A stretch of 64,000 nucleotides of DNA, taken from positions 1 to 64,000 of the forward strand of contig JAUCBJ010003676.1 in assembly GCA_032718475.1 (NCBI GenBank), given 5' to 3'. Origin of the DNA: Nemertoderma westbladi. Taxonomy: Eukaryota > Animalia > Xenacoelomorpha. The stretch's first letter is position 1, and every line of letters starts with the position of its first letter. The notes beneath the pieces are model-generated. The model ran no database searches. It was not told where the DNA came from and worked only from the letters and a program-made list of their open reading frames with translations. Below, piece after piece: positions 1 to 12,841 of this stretch. The position numbers and the translations under genes are program-made.

Positions 1-3000
1 GAGCCATCGAATACGACTCGGACTTCATGGGGTTTACCGGGTTTGGGAACGTAATGATGTGTTAAGTAATACGTTCTCTCAGTCACTGGTGTTCCTTCCG
101 GTACTCGCTCCGCGTATCCCTTTGTTATAAATTTCTTCAGCTGAGTTTGGTACATTTCTTTCGCTGAAGCATTAGCTGTAAGGCGTCGATGTAATTGAGC
201 GATTCTTTTCTCTGCCAAGGGTCTGTTATTTATAAATCTAGGTTCTCGTTTTCGAAATGGTAGGCCGATTTCATATCTACCTTGATCCTTTAAAAAACGT
301 GTAGTTGTTTCCTGGATTTGCTTGGCTCTTTCTTCTTCTATCGATAGAGCCTTATCATATGAATTGGGCTCTACCAGTTCCTGAGTAAAGAATCGTACGG
401 CTAGTTCGTCCCGAGTTCTAGCGTTGTAGCGCTCTATCTCATCGTTGAGTTCGTCATTGTAAGCGATGGGTTCCGATGGGCGAATCAGTTGACATAGGTT
501 CACCTGATTTTTCCAAGTTTGGTTTTCTGTAAGTAAGTCGATTGTGTTCTCTTCATCGAAGAGTTGGTAGATGTCGTCATTATCTGAGGAGTATGGTGTT
601 CCCTCAGTTAGTTCGTCCACCTCACTGCTTTCCACTTCCCAATCGTTTACTTGGTATGTTTGTTCTTGTGGCATTCTCTCTTCGAGAGTCCTGCGGGAAG
701 GGCCAGTAAAGTACCAACCTACTCTAGTTCTTACCGCATAGGTTTGCAGTGGCTGTGGTTGAGCAGGCCGTTTCTCCAATGTCTCGAGCGCCTCATGCGC
801 GTTCTGGCCGATGAGTATTTGCACTCCAGGATAATCTGTCTGGAATCGAGGTATCTTAAGATGTTGGATGCTCTCATCCTCGTCCCAATTATAAAGGTCT
901 GCTTGAGTAGTAGCGAAATTCTTTATAGCCACCATTTTTACCGACCTTATACCTTGTGCTCCTAACTTATCCTGGGGGGTGGACAACACACCTACATAGT
1001 AATCTGCCGTTAGGGTAGATTTCCAAACCTGCATAATTCCTGACATATTCAATTTAGTCCGGAATTTGGGTTGTCCAGCAAAGATATCTTCGGCTAATTC
1101 TTGATCGATGAATGTTCCTGTGCTGCCGGAGTCAAGGAGTGCGTTCACTATGTAACTGTGGTTAGGACCGTGAACTCTTACCTGCACTACAGGAAATTCT
1201 CTGATTCCTACGTTGGAAGTTGGAGCTTTCCAAGATGGTTGTTTGGCAAAAGTAGTTGGGGGAAACTCATTGTTGTTGTCCTTTTCATAAGTAAGTGCTC
1301 GATACACTGCGGTATTGATTAGATAACAGGATTCATTGGCGTCGGAGAATTCGTCAGTATAGAATCCTTCCATCTCAGATTCTTGATCAGTGTCGTTTAC
1401 ATCACTGAATTGGACATGTAGTTCGGGCTCACTTACCTGACTCAGTTTGTCTCGTTCGAACTCACTGTGTAACAAGATGTGATGTTTCGCGCCACACTTT
1501 GCACACTTTATGTCGGAGTAACAGGTTCGCCGTTGGTGTCCTGGTCTGAGGCAATTATAGCATAACCGCTTATCCCACACGACTGCACGTCTGTCTACAA
1601 GGGATTTCTTTAGAAATTCAGCACACGCACTCAAACGGTGGGTCCCGTCGCACAGCGCACAGTTAGGTTTTATGTTACTCACTTTACCTTGGGTAACTTG
1701 ATGCACTCTCGTTTTTTCTTCGGGTTTTCTTCGGTGCATTCTGTTAGGAGACTGAGGAGGGGTCTTGGCAACCTGTTCTCTCCTATCGTTGTTTCGAGCC
1801 TTGTATTTACTTACATCTTTTGAGGTTTTGTCAACGTAGTAAGATCATCTTCTTCCCCTGTCTTCTTGAGAAGCTTGGCTTTCGCCGTCGTCAGTGTAAC
1901 ACACCGGTGTTACTCTTCTCCAAGAAGCGGGTTTCTCACTTACCTTATTTTCCGATGTTTTCTCTCTGGACTGCTTGATGAGTTGTAGTTTTACTTCACC
2001 ATCTAAGAAGGACATGAGGTCAGCCATGGTAGGGCTTCGTCGTTGTTGTTCATTCATGTACAACACTTTCTTGTCCCAACGCGTACATACCCCACCCTTT
2101 GGTAAAGTAGAGACTACTGCTCCAATAACCATGGAACTCTGATACTCATGAGACTTACCTAACCAGTCCAATTGTCTACAGATCTCCTGTATCTCATCGG
2201 AAAACTCTATAATCCCGCTACTAAGGAAGTGTCGGGGGGCTACTAATTTTGCATACAAATACTTAGCTATGTTATCCTTGTTACCATACCTGATGTTTAA
2301 TGTATCCCATACTTGTCTTAATCCTTCTGGATGTCCAATAAACTTTAACGCCATTAACTTGGGAGGTCCTTCCAAGCACTTGATGAGGAACCTAAGTTTC
2401 TCTCCGTTAGATAGCACAGAGTTCTGTATGCTGTCTTTGTAATATTCGTTGAAAGGTAACCATTTCATCTCATCTCCATTGAATTTGACGATCTCTCCCA
2501 CTTTGACCGCTTGGCGGGCTTCTGTTCTAGCCATCTGACGCGTAAAGCTTTCTTGGGCCATCGTGTTATTTAATATCGAATTATCGGTATATAAATTTCT
2601 CGGATCATTGTCAGGTCTATAGGGGATATCATTAATAACAGGTCTATAATCACCCTTAATAGGGTTTGCTATAGGAGTTTCTACTTCACTAGCAGTATAG
2701 ATGCGTGTAGGCTCCACACCTTGCGCATGTAATACTTCAGACCTAACAGGTTGACACAATTTTACAGGGGGTATTGGTATCCCTTTTTGGATATTGACTA
2801 ATTTGTCGCGTTCTAGCGCGATACTTTGCTGCACTTCTTGCAATTCGGCCCTACCTTCCCTTACTGTTCCCTTAAGTTGGTAGACAGTCTCCTGCATCTG
2901 TCCGAGCAGGAGATTCATCCCCCGCCGTCCCTCCTCTACCCACTCGACCGCCGAAGCGGGAGTCGCCAACATTGTAGCGGGCTGACGTGGGACGACGGGA

Positions 3001-4822
3001 GACAAATCTTTGATTTCTCTCTCAGCTTCCAGGACAGGGATATTCTCATGGACTGTTCTACCGGGCACAGGCAGTGTAGTACTGTGTAAAGGGAATTTAG
3101 AGTTAAGCTCTGGAAGTACAGGGGTCTCTAACACAGGAGTGACTTTGGGAACGACAGGCCAAATTATTTCAGGCTCATCAACTATAGTAGGGAGTCTTTT
3201 GACCTTAATAATTTGGTCCGTAGGTTCTATACTACCTAAGTCTGGGCTAGCTAGTTGCCTTCTAACCGCTGGGGGCAAATCAGGCAATTTGTGACGGTAA
3301 GATGTTTTTCTACGCCTGCTTAGACGAGATCTATTTCCTCCGCCTTCAGGATCGGTGGTTTCGCTTTCCTCCGATGACGTATATCCCTGGCGTTTGGGAG
3401 TAGATTTTCTCATCATCTGCATGTGACTAGCAGTTAACTGTTTATTTATGTTATCTTGCGTCTCTTGAAGATTTTCCAACTCCAGTTGTGTGATCTCTTC
3501 AGACGCCCTCTGTTCTGCTTCTGCCACTGCCTTTGCTGCTGCCACAGTCGCTTTTCTTTCTGCTTCGGCTTCTGCGGCCGCTGTTACTGCAGCTGCCTTT
3601 CTTTCTGCTTCCACTTCGGCCATTGCCGCTGTTACTGCAGCTGCCTTTCGGTCCTCTATCCTTTTTTTCTTTACTAGTTCTTCTTGGACTGTAGTGAGGC
3701 GGAGTTTCTCATCAAACTCAGCTTGGTTAGCAGCTAACATTTCAGCATCGATTGAGTCTAACAAACGCTGGGTTCCTTCACTATTAGGGGAAAGTCCAGA
3801 CAGCCGTCTCCTCAACTCTTCGTCTCCTAGGAATCGCTGATAGTCGGACAGATATATGTCGATGGCGCTCTCGTTCGTGGTCTCTCTGCGGTCTCTTCGC
3901 CTTCCACTTGAGCAAGGGTGGCATCGGTTGGTTCTTCATAGGTTAGTCTCTCAGACAGCTGGGATTTCCACTGATCCGTTTCTTGTACTTTGAGACCTAC
4001 CCGCTGGAACCAAGTTTTGACAGCAACCTGCAGCGACGTGTCCTGTCTTCTTTTGGAAGTTTCCTCAAAGGCTGATAGGATTAGTCTAATGCGTAGGGTT
4101 CTTTCGCGTACTTGATATAGCAGCTCTTCCTGCTCTTGAGGTCCTTGGGGTTGTCGAAACAGTTGTTCTTCCAATCGCTACAAGGAGCCGAAGAATCCCT
4201 GCACATATCCTGCTGCCGACCTCTTCCAAACAGCTGGATCCATTGTATCTTTAGCCACTCCCATCCTGTATATATCCTCCCAAGTGGCCTCGGACAAATC
4301 TAGCGGGAGTCCGGGTCCGGGAACGTTCCATTGTGACTCGACAATAGACATCAATTCTTCCCTGGCGTATCCCGCATAATTATCTTGGGTCGCTCGCTTA
4401 CTTCTCGCCCAATCGGCTTGATGTTCCTCCACCGCAATCAATATAGTAGTTAGCACTGCGGCAGGAAGGGTGAGAAGGGGGTCCGAGTAGGCTTTAGCCG
4501 CCATCTGCAATCCGCGTTCGGGGGTCAGCTCGACAGTATCCGAATTACTGGAGCTATCGGATCGCTGGGAACAAGTTTCTTGACTAGGCTGTTGCTGCTG
4601 TGGGACAGCTGCTTCCTGGTTCCGTTTGACTTGGGCCCGAGTGCCGATGATAGACCTACGGTGTTGGATTAGCTTAGGGTCTGATACTACTACTGGAGGG
4701 ATGACCTTTCTTTCAGTAGGAGGTGAGCTGAACTCCTTTCTTAATCGCTCCACACTCCTATCTGTGTCACAGATGGTTGTATCGATTAGACTGTCTGATA
4801 GGTTTTGCTGGGTGTCAGACAT
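1..4822 (-). pseudogene. Disrupted BEL/Pao gag-pol polyprotein
   Basis: Gag core VKFNGDEMKWLPF...EKLRFLIKCLEGPPK (DUF1759-like); Zn knuckles CALCDGTHRLSAC, CYNCLRPGHQRRTC, CAKCGAKHHILLH (~1470-1660); aspartic protease ALLDSGSTGTFI (~1105-1145); RT start YYLTHHYVPKPGKPHEVRVVFDGS (1-72). In-frame stops at 4178-4180 and 1845-1847, frameshift near 3820. Confidence 0.9.
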
Positions 4823-6112
4823 GTTTAGCTATACAGTTGAATGCTTACTGCTATAGTTACAGTTAAAACAAGTCTAGTAATTCAGTATGACCGTTGGCCT
4901 AGTACCGGTAATTTATTGCAGTATATTAGAATACCGGTATGCACTTATAATATATATATAAGTATTGTAAACTAGGTTTGTCACAGAGTACCGGTATATA
5001 AATCTAGCACAAATATATATAAATATATAATAGGCCTATCGTGAATACCGGTATACAGCTTACACTTATAGTATATATAAGTATAATTATGAACTAGAAT
5101 TAATTACAGAATACCACTATGATTTTAGCTCAAATTTATAGAAATAAATATAATAAGCCTATGGTAAATACCAGTATGTCAATTATTTTAGAATAATTGA
5201 ATTTCTGAATATTTTAGGGTTACTTGGTTACTTTAACTTACTTTATTACCGTTATTTAAGCAGTAGTCCAACTGATATTGAGACCTAGTTGTTGTATGGC
5301 AGGCCTACTATTTATAAATCGTTTGAGTTGATTTATAATATTTATATACCCGTTGAAAATGGGTTTTTTCAATATTCGAAATAAATGTTATTATTTCTGG
5401 GGGTTCACTACACAGAAGCTGGGTGCTCTCAGTGAAGTGCTATTTATGGGACACTAAAACAGATAATTCTAATTTACCTAAGTTACTTAATACTACAAAT
5501 TACGTACGATACGGTGAGATTTATTCTCTAATTAAACACAACAAAAATATTACGTACGAAATTTTAGGGTAATTTTACAGGAAGTCTACAAACCAGTCTA
5601 ACAAAGGGTTAGAATTCTGGTTATTACAACGGACAGGGTACTACGGTATTTGAAAATAATAAGTAGTAGTAAATACACTGCGTTGTCCAGAAAGGAAAAT
5701 ACCACCGCCTGACGACCTATAACCGTATCGCTATAGGTACTACGTTATGTATCACGGAGTGTTCCTACCTAGAAGTTAATTACCGCGGACTACCAGATCC
5801 AGCGTGCCTATTAACCACTTTACAACACAAATATACTGCCTACACACTAATTACCTCGGAAAGCACTGTACACTAAACCCTAAATTAGGTACAAGTACTG
5901 GTACAACAAATAATCAGTAGTTAAATATACTTGAACAGTTAAAAGAACCACGGCATCTGCTGGAGTGACCGAAGCACAAAGTCACCAGTTTTTCCTACGC
6001 CAAGCAGCCCGTGTAGTACCGGGGTTAATTTAACTATAACGGTATGTATAACAAGCACAATTACTGTAGGAATAAACTTGGGGACATGAATGTTGCGAAT
6101 AATCGCATAAAC

Positions 6113-6690
6113 TCTGAATAATAAATATTACGCTACCCGTACAGAATACTCAAACAAATACAAACCAAAACGCTGGCAGACTACCACCAAGCCTAAATAA
6201 ACTACTGTATGTGCAGATTCCAAAATGGTTAGTTAGTATGCGTTCTAACATGGTAGTACGACTTATTCTTTAAGAGGGGATTGACCTTACAGCTATGACT
6301 GCCCCAACTTACTAACTGGCACTTTATCAGACAAACTCTACACAAGCAGCAATCTCTTCAGACCTAATAATAGCTAGACAACAATCCAGCCTACAAAATA
6401 TCTGAGTAATAACTATTACGGTACCTGAACAGACCACACAAACAAACACAGGCCAAAACGCTGGCAGAGTACTGTCAAGCCTAAATAAACTACAGTATGT
6501 GCAGATTCCAAAATGGTTAGTTAGTATGCGTTCTAACACGGTAGTACGACTTATTCTTTAAGAGGGGATTGACCTTACAGCTATGGCTGCCACAACTTAC
6601 TAACTGGCAATCTATCGGACAAACTCTACACACGCCGTAATCTCTCCAAACCCTACAACAATCCGACAACAGTCCGGCCTACAGTTATCT
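6113..6690. repeat. ~290 bp tandem duplication in the A1 leader
   Basis: 6113-6400 and 6401-6690 share long blocks (CCAAAACGCTGGCAGA, CCAAAATGGTTAGTTAGTATGCGTTCTAAC); the A2 leader has only one copy. Confidence 0.8.
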
Positions 6691-7056
6691 GAGCAATCTG
6701 AGCAGACTTACACGTCTTCAGCTCAATATTAACTTACTAGGAAATAAAACTGACAGAAATAAGTAAACTATACAAAAGAATGAGGGGTGATCAATCCCTA
6801 TTCCCCTGGCAGCCCACAATATACAATAGATCACAATCGAAATAATACTAATGTACTTATACTGGAAGTACCGGTTAGGACAGTTGGGCCTATGGACCTA
6901 CAGAAGTACCGGTTCTGGCAGTTGGACCTACGGACCTACAGCAGTACCGGTTCTGGCAGTTGGGCCTACTGACCTACAGAAGTACCGGTTCAGGTTTACC
7001 GGTCGACCGGTACTTTCAACTTTATTGCTTACTGCAATAAAGTCAATAACTGTTAT

Positions 7057-8302
7057 TGTACGCGCTTTTGAAGACCTTTAGCAGTTTAACCTGCCAAAAT
7101 TTATATGTCTTTTGGTTTACAAATAGACTTTAGAAGTTGACAAATATTTAATACCAATAAACACAACATTAGCAGAAGCCAGCCTAGTGCGCGTCCATTC
7201 ACCCGCTGGATATACCCGGGAGACTGGATTCTGAGGGCTTAGATTATTATTGCAGTGTAAGCCTACTGTATTATTCGATTGATCGTTAATAAATAATTTC
7301 TGACTAATATTATTCACTTTCGGGAAATATTAACAGTTCCTTTAGGACGTGGCGCTCTATCTAGGTAAACAGAGATATGACTTATACTAATCACAACGGT
7401 AAGTCGGTAAGGCTTATGATTCACGTATGAGGCGCATTCTTTAGGAAATGCTTAGTTATCAGTCACAATCATGCACACTACCGGTAACACACAATACTGC
7501 TCACTAATTTGCCGACCGTCAATGAATTTTATCATATATAAAGCGAACAGCAATGGACTCATGTAGTGCTTATCAAATAGCATTAAATTCACTACAAACC
7601 ACAATAATATAAGTCGCAATCGCTATATATAACCCGTCTCTCTAACCTGTAGTGTATCAAGAAAATTGGGAAATTTGGGTTCTTTATAGATGTTCTCCAA
7701 ATAATATTCAACCAACTAATACAAAATATAACAACAGTAAAAAGCATTAAGACGGTAGGTTAAGATATGATATGACAAGATGTGACAAGATAACAGTTAT
7801 ACGCTCTATAATCTTAAGCCTACTAATGTTTCTTCTAAAGTCTGAAACGAATTGACTCTAGAGCCGGTGTTCCTGGCCTAGATAGCAACAACAAAACTAT
7901 ATCACCAAAAAACAGTAAGACTGAACACTCCTAGTATGATCGACCGAATATCTACACGTCGACAGAAAAAATCGCTCTGATTGGCTCAAGCCAAACAAAG
8001 AACCATGCGTCCAATGGCTGTTTCCATGCCAGCAACCAGCTGCTAGATGTCGCAATCTGAATCATCAAGGCCAAGCCGTGTAAAGGTATTTGGTGCATTG
8101 CGGGTTTTTTGCCTTACCATGTCCGCCAAAGCACGTATATAGAAGAATGACTTTTATGTCCGTTAAAACACCTGTAACGGTACCTTGCGGGCGAGGGGAA
8201 TGTATATACAGTTAGAGAACCTTTTTAGAGTATTCCAGCGCCTGGGGGGAAACTGGATTGCGAAGCAAAAGGGGCCAGTTATATCCCACAGAAGCTTTTA
8301 CA
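7057..8302 (-). repeat. Family A LTR (5' LTR of A1)
   Basis: Plus strand TGTACGCGC...CTTTTACA; the same termini delimit homology with 9855-11040 and 32884-34069. Confidence 0.9.
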
Positions 8303-11040
8303 GGGGTTACTTGGTTACTTTACTTTACCTTATTATCGTTATTTAAGCAGTAGTCCAACTGATATTAAGACCTAATTGTTGTATGACAGGCCTACTATTT
8401 TATAAATCGGTTTGAGTTGATTTATAATATATATACCCGTTTAATGGGTTTTTGTCAATATTTGAAATAAATGTTATTATTTCTGGGAAAGAGTCACTGC
8501 ACAGAAGCTGTACGCTCTCAGTGAAGTGCTACTTGTTGGACACTAAAACAAATAATTCTAATTTGCCTAAGTTACTTAATACTACAAATTACGTACAATT
8601 ACGGGGTGAGATTACAATCTCTAAATAAACACAAAAATTACACGTACGAAATTTTAGGGTAATTTTACAAGAAGTCTACAAACCAGCCTAACAAAGGGTT
8701 AGAATATCTGGTTATTACAAACGGACAGGATACTACGGTATTTGAAAATAACAAAGCAGTAGTAAATATACTGCGTTGTCCAGATAGGAAAAATACCACT
8801 GTCTGACGACTTATAGCCGTAACGCTATAAGTACTACGTTGTGTATCACGGAGTGTTCCTACCTAGAAGTTAATTACCGCGGCCTACCAGAGCCAACGTG
8901 CCTATTAACCACTTTACAACACAAATATACTGCCTACACACTAATTACCTTCGGAAAGCACTGTACACTAAACACTAAATTAGGCACAAGTACTTATACA
9001 ACAAATAATCAGCAGTTAAAAATACTTGTACAGCTAAAAGAACCACGGTATCTGCCGGAGTGACCGAAGCATAAAATCTCCAGTCTTTACCTACGCCAAA
9101 CAGCCCTGATGTAGTACCGGGGTTAATTTAACTTTAACGGTATGGATAACAAGCATAATTACTGTAGGAATAAACTTGGGGGTATGAATGTTGCGAATAA
9201 TCGCATAAACTCTGAATAATAAATATTACGCTACCCTTACAGACTACACAAACAAAATACAGACCAAACGCTGGCAGACTACTATCAAGCCTAAATAAAC
9301 TACAGTATATGCAGACTCCGAAATGGTTAGTTAGTATGCGTTCTAACCGAGTAGTACGACTTATTCTTTCGGGGGGATTTACCTTACAGCACTGGATGCC
9401 ACCCACTTTCCTAACTAGTACTTTATCGGACATACACTCTACACACACTGCAATCTCTTCAGACTTAACAACAGTCAGACAACAATCCAGCCTACAAATT
9501 ATCTGTACAATCTGGGCAGGCTTACACGTCTTCTGCTCAATATTAACCTACAAATAAATAAAACTGACAGAAATAAGTAAACCATACAAAGGAATAAGGG
9601 GTGATCAATCCCTAATCCCCTAACAGCCTACAATATACAATATATCACAATCGAAATAATACTGGTGTACCTGTACTGCTGTAAGTACCGGTTCGGTTGG
9701 TTAGGTAGTTAAGCCTACTGGTTACCGGTCGACCGGTACTTTAGTCTTTATTGCCTACGTCGCAATAAAGATCCTATAACTGTTATTGTTCTTACCAGAA
9801 CAATAGTAAACTGTATTTATTGCCTACACTGCAATCAGAAGATATAACTGTTATTGTTCGCGCTTTCAGACCTTTAGCAGTTTAACCTGCCAAATTTAGG
9901 TGTCTTCTAGATTATAAATCGACTTTAGCCTATGACGAGTATTTGATACACTACATTAGCCGAAGCCAGTCTATGCGCGACCATTCACCCGCTGGATATA
10001 CCCGGGAGACTGGATTCGGAAGCTCTGACCTTATTGCGGTGTAGGCCTACTGTATTATTCGATTGATCGCTAGTATATAATCTCTGACCAATATTATTCA
10101 CTTTCGGGAAATATCAACAGTTCCTTTAGGACGTGGCGCTTTAAGTATGTAAACAGAGTTATGACTTACACTAAACACAACGGGATGGCTATTGATTCAC
10201 GTATAAAGCGCATTCTTTAGGAGATGCTTTGTTATCTATCACACTCATGCACACTACCGCACAATACTGCACACCGATCTGCCGACCTTCACTAATTTTA
10301 GTCACATATAAAGAGAACAGCAACTGACACATGTAGTGCCTATGAAATAGCATTAGATTCACTCCAAAACCAATATAATGTAAGTCGCAATTGCTATATG
10401 TAACCGGTCTCTTACCTTCAGTATATCAAGAAGATTGGGGTTTTATGATTATTTATCGATATTATCCAAATATAACAATATTCCATCAACTGATATAATT
10501 AATAACCGACAGTAAATAGCAGTAAAATAATGCGGTGTTTGTATGAGATATGACCATATGACAAGTGTGATTCGTTTGAATTATGGTTTGTATTGATAAC
10601 AGTTATACGTTTCTATGATCAAAGCCTACTAATGTTTGGCTAAAGCCTGAAACACAGAAATTCCAAAGCCGGTCTTCTGGCATCAGGAAAAAAGGTAAAC
10701 ATAAACCGTAATGCATTGCGCGATTTCCCGGAGGTTTCTGTACAAATAAAATGAGAATCGCTCTGATTGGTTGACCGAACAAAGAAACAAAGGAAAAGTT
10801 ACACGTGTACATATCAGCTGTTAGATGTCGTCATAGTAACTACACTGTATCAAGAGGATTTTGGCTTATTGCGACATAAAATCACTAGTTATGTCCGCTA
10901 AAGTACACATACAGAAGAAATGGCTTTTTATGTCCACTAAAACACCGGTACAGTAAGGAAACGGCTTTTTATGTCCGTTAAAACACCTACAGAGTACTTT
11001 GCGGGGAAAATAACCAGCTAATTCCGCAAAAGCCTTTACA
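8303..11040 (-). mobile_element. Family A copy A2: 5' LTR plus 1.55 kb of leader, cut by A1
   Basis: 8303-9854 is homologous to 5216-7056 and abuts the end of the A1 LTR exactly. Confidence 0.85.
9855..11040 (-). repeat. Family A LTR (5' LTR of A2, diverged subfamily)
   Basis: TGTTCGCGC...CCTTTACA; collinear with the other A LTRs. Confidence 0.88.
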
Positions 11041-11560
11041 CTGTCTGTCTGTCCGTCAAAAATATATCCGAGAGCCTGACAGCCAAACAGATAATTTGAA
11101 TTCATCAAATGTTAAATCTGACACTCGAAATGAATTCTGCGACCAGGAAAACCCCTATAAATAAACTTTTAGAGGGATGGTGTGACCTTTTCTTATATTT
11201 AACGGATATGTTGTCGGATAGTCAGAAAGACCGACAGACAAACAAACAGACTAACTAGTTAATGTGAAATTTGACCTTAGAAATAGAGTCATTGACAAGC
11301 AAAACCCCATAGCAATATTTTTAGAATGGTTTTGCTATACAGTATATATACTGTATATTGACAGATATTCTCACATATTAACAGACTATTTTTAGCGGGA
11401 AGATTCAAACTTTAAAGGCAATTATCACGGAATGGTATTTTTTCATTTCTAAAACACTACTTCTCCGCCATTTTTCAACCAATTTGGGAGTTTTTGGTAT
11501 CAAATTCAAGCTACTAGTGTGCGCAATAATAAAATTCGAGCAATTTTTTTAGTTTTGCAA
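11041..11560. repeat. Interspersed repeat with (CTGT)n/GACA tracts, possibly Helitron/DINE-like non-autonomous element
   Basis: Diverged homology to 58590-58960 (CTGTCTGTC...GAAATGAA..GCGACC..GAAAACCCC; CATTTTTCAACCAATTT); class inferred only from the GTCY microsatellite. Confidence 0.5.
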
Positions 11561-11899
11561 TTGTTCATCTGTTATAACATTTCTTAAACAGTGCATTTTT
11601 TTTTTGAAAATTTGAAAATTATTTGAAAAAATAGCGGTATTTTGCCTGAAAACAAAATTATCACAATTCAAAATAGTTTACCCAAAATGTATCTTACACT
11701 TTTTTTCTACCTAGCGCTCTTTGATTCAGTAAGCAATTCATAATGTTGACTTCCAAGCCAGTAGTACTCATTGTACATACTGTAGGTATATAGAGGCATT
11801 GAAACAGCTACAAATTAATTTGAAATTTACTGCAGATAACATTAGGATATAGATAATGTGTTGTTAGCATTGACCCATTATGATGTTGGTGAACAACTA

Positions 11900-12230
11900 A
11901 CTGTAAATGAAAGAAATTAACTTCATTAACTTTTTCATGCTTATCCTGATGTTTTTGTTAAAACGGAATATGATATTGTCAGAATAGATGGTATAACCTA
12001 CATCATAAAGACACGAAGTGCCTCCCCTATCCATTCTTAATCTTTCAGACACCCAGAAGCATTAAAATATGAAATTAAATTACAAGTCGAGGAGTTGTTA
12101 AAATAATAATTAGCCGTATAAATCGATTTAACTACCTGTTGTTGACCTGTTGCTGTTGTTACCTGTCTTGTTTGTGGAGACACTACCCGTATTGTGGAAA
12201 CTATGACCCTGTGGTACCTTTTACCATAAG
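11900..12230 (+). pseudogene. Degenerate Ty3/Gypsy pol fragment (pre-RT region)
   Basis: Translates as AYPDVFVKTEYDI...IKTRSASPIHS*SFRHPEALKYEIKLQVEELLK, matching the Gypsy YPDVF..H.I.T..PI..YR.P..I..QV.ELL pattern; contains stops. Confidence 0.65.
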
Positions 12231-12460
12231 CGATACCGAAATACTACTAACTCTATAATATATTACTACAATAAAATATATACCAGGCGGGTTTATTATT
12301 CAATTATAAACATTATATTAATGCAAAATGCATTCGGATATATTTCAGTTAAATTAATAAACTTACTGAACAGTTCCTAATTCAAAATAAAACAGGATAT
12401 TTTTTAACTTTTGAAGTTGCTTTGTTTCCCATATTATTAGGCTATTTCAATCTGAGATGT

Positions 12461-12841
12461 TTAATTTTGCCCAATAAGACACCGCCACCACTCATCTCTG
12501 CAATCCTTTGTTCCAAAATACAGATCCCGATATTTTCTCGAAATCTTATCCTTTAGCGACGACAACGACGTAACAGAATCTTTCGACGGCGATTTCTTTA
12601 TTCGTATTCCATATCGGATACCTTTTGACTCATCTCCCTCTAGCTGCTCCAAGTCTGTCGCCTTTATAGAGACTATGTCCTCCGTTTTCGTATCGATACT
12701 GTATTGGTCTGGCAGCAATGTCAGCTGTTGGCCGATTGTGTCTCCAGTTCCGGAATGCAATTCACCCCAGTATTTATTTTGTTTAAACTGGTGTTTGTAA
12801 ATTTCTCCTTCTATAGCAAAATTATATTCATTGTAGTCAAC
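12461..12841 (-). CDS. Terminal coding exon of an unknown gene, PH-domain-like C-terminus
   Basis: Acceptor ATATTTCAG|GTT at 12842/12841, open frame VDYNEY...RDLYFGTKDCRDEWWRCLIGQN*, AATAAA about 165 nt downstream. The ending resembles the PH-fold last strand plus EW helix. Confidence 0.55.
   Translation of the reverse strand, partial: VDYNEYNFAIEGEIYKHQFKQNKYWGELHSGTGDTIGQQLTLLPDQYSIDTKTEDIVSIKATDLEQLEGDESKGIRYGIRIKKSPSKDSVTSLSSLKDKISRKYRDLYFGTKDCRDEWWRCLIGQN

Larger units (their letters stand above)
1..8302 (-). mobile_element. BEL/Pao LTR retrotransposon, family A copy A1 (5' LTR, 2.2 kb leader, gag-protease-start of RT; continues off the left edge)
   Basis: LTR 7057-8302 followed on minus strand by a leader and gag-pol with BEL/Pao motifs; ACCGGT-rich subrepeats occur both next to the LTR and just upstream of gag, supporting one continuous element. 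Confidence 0.85.

Noticed and set aside
651-4856. Plus-strand ORFs over element A1 (and similar ones over 44478-52741)
   Set aside because: Antisense shadows of gag-pol without recognisable motifs.
5216-11040. 3 kb LTRs in tandem
   Set aside because: Copies at 32884 and 56472 fix the LTR end at GCGCG(T/A)ACA, so the repeat is a 1.2 kb LTR plus leader.
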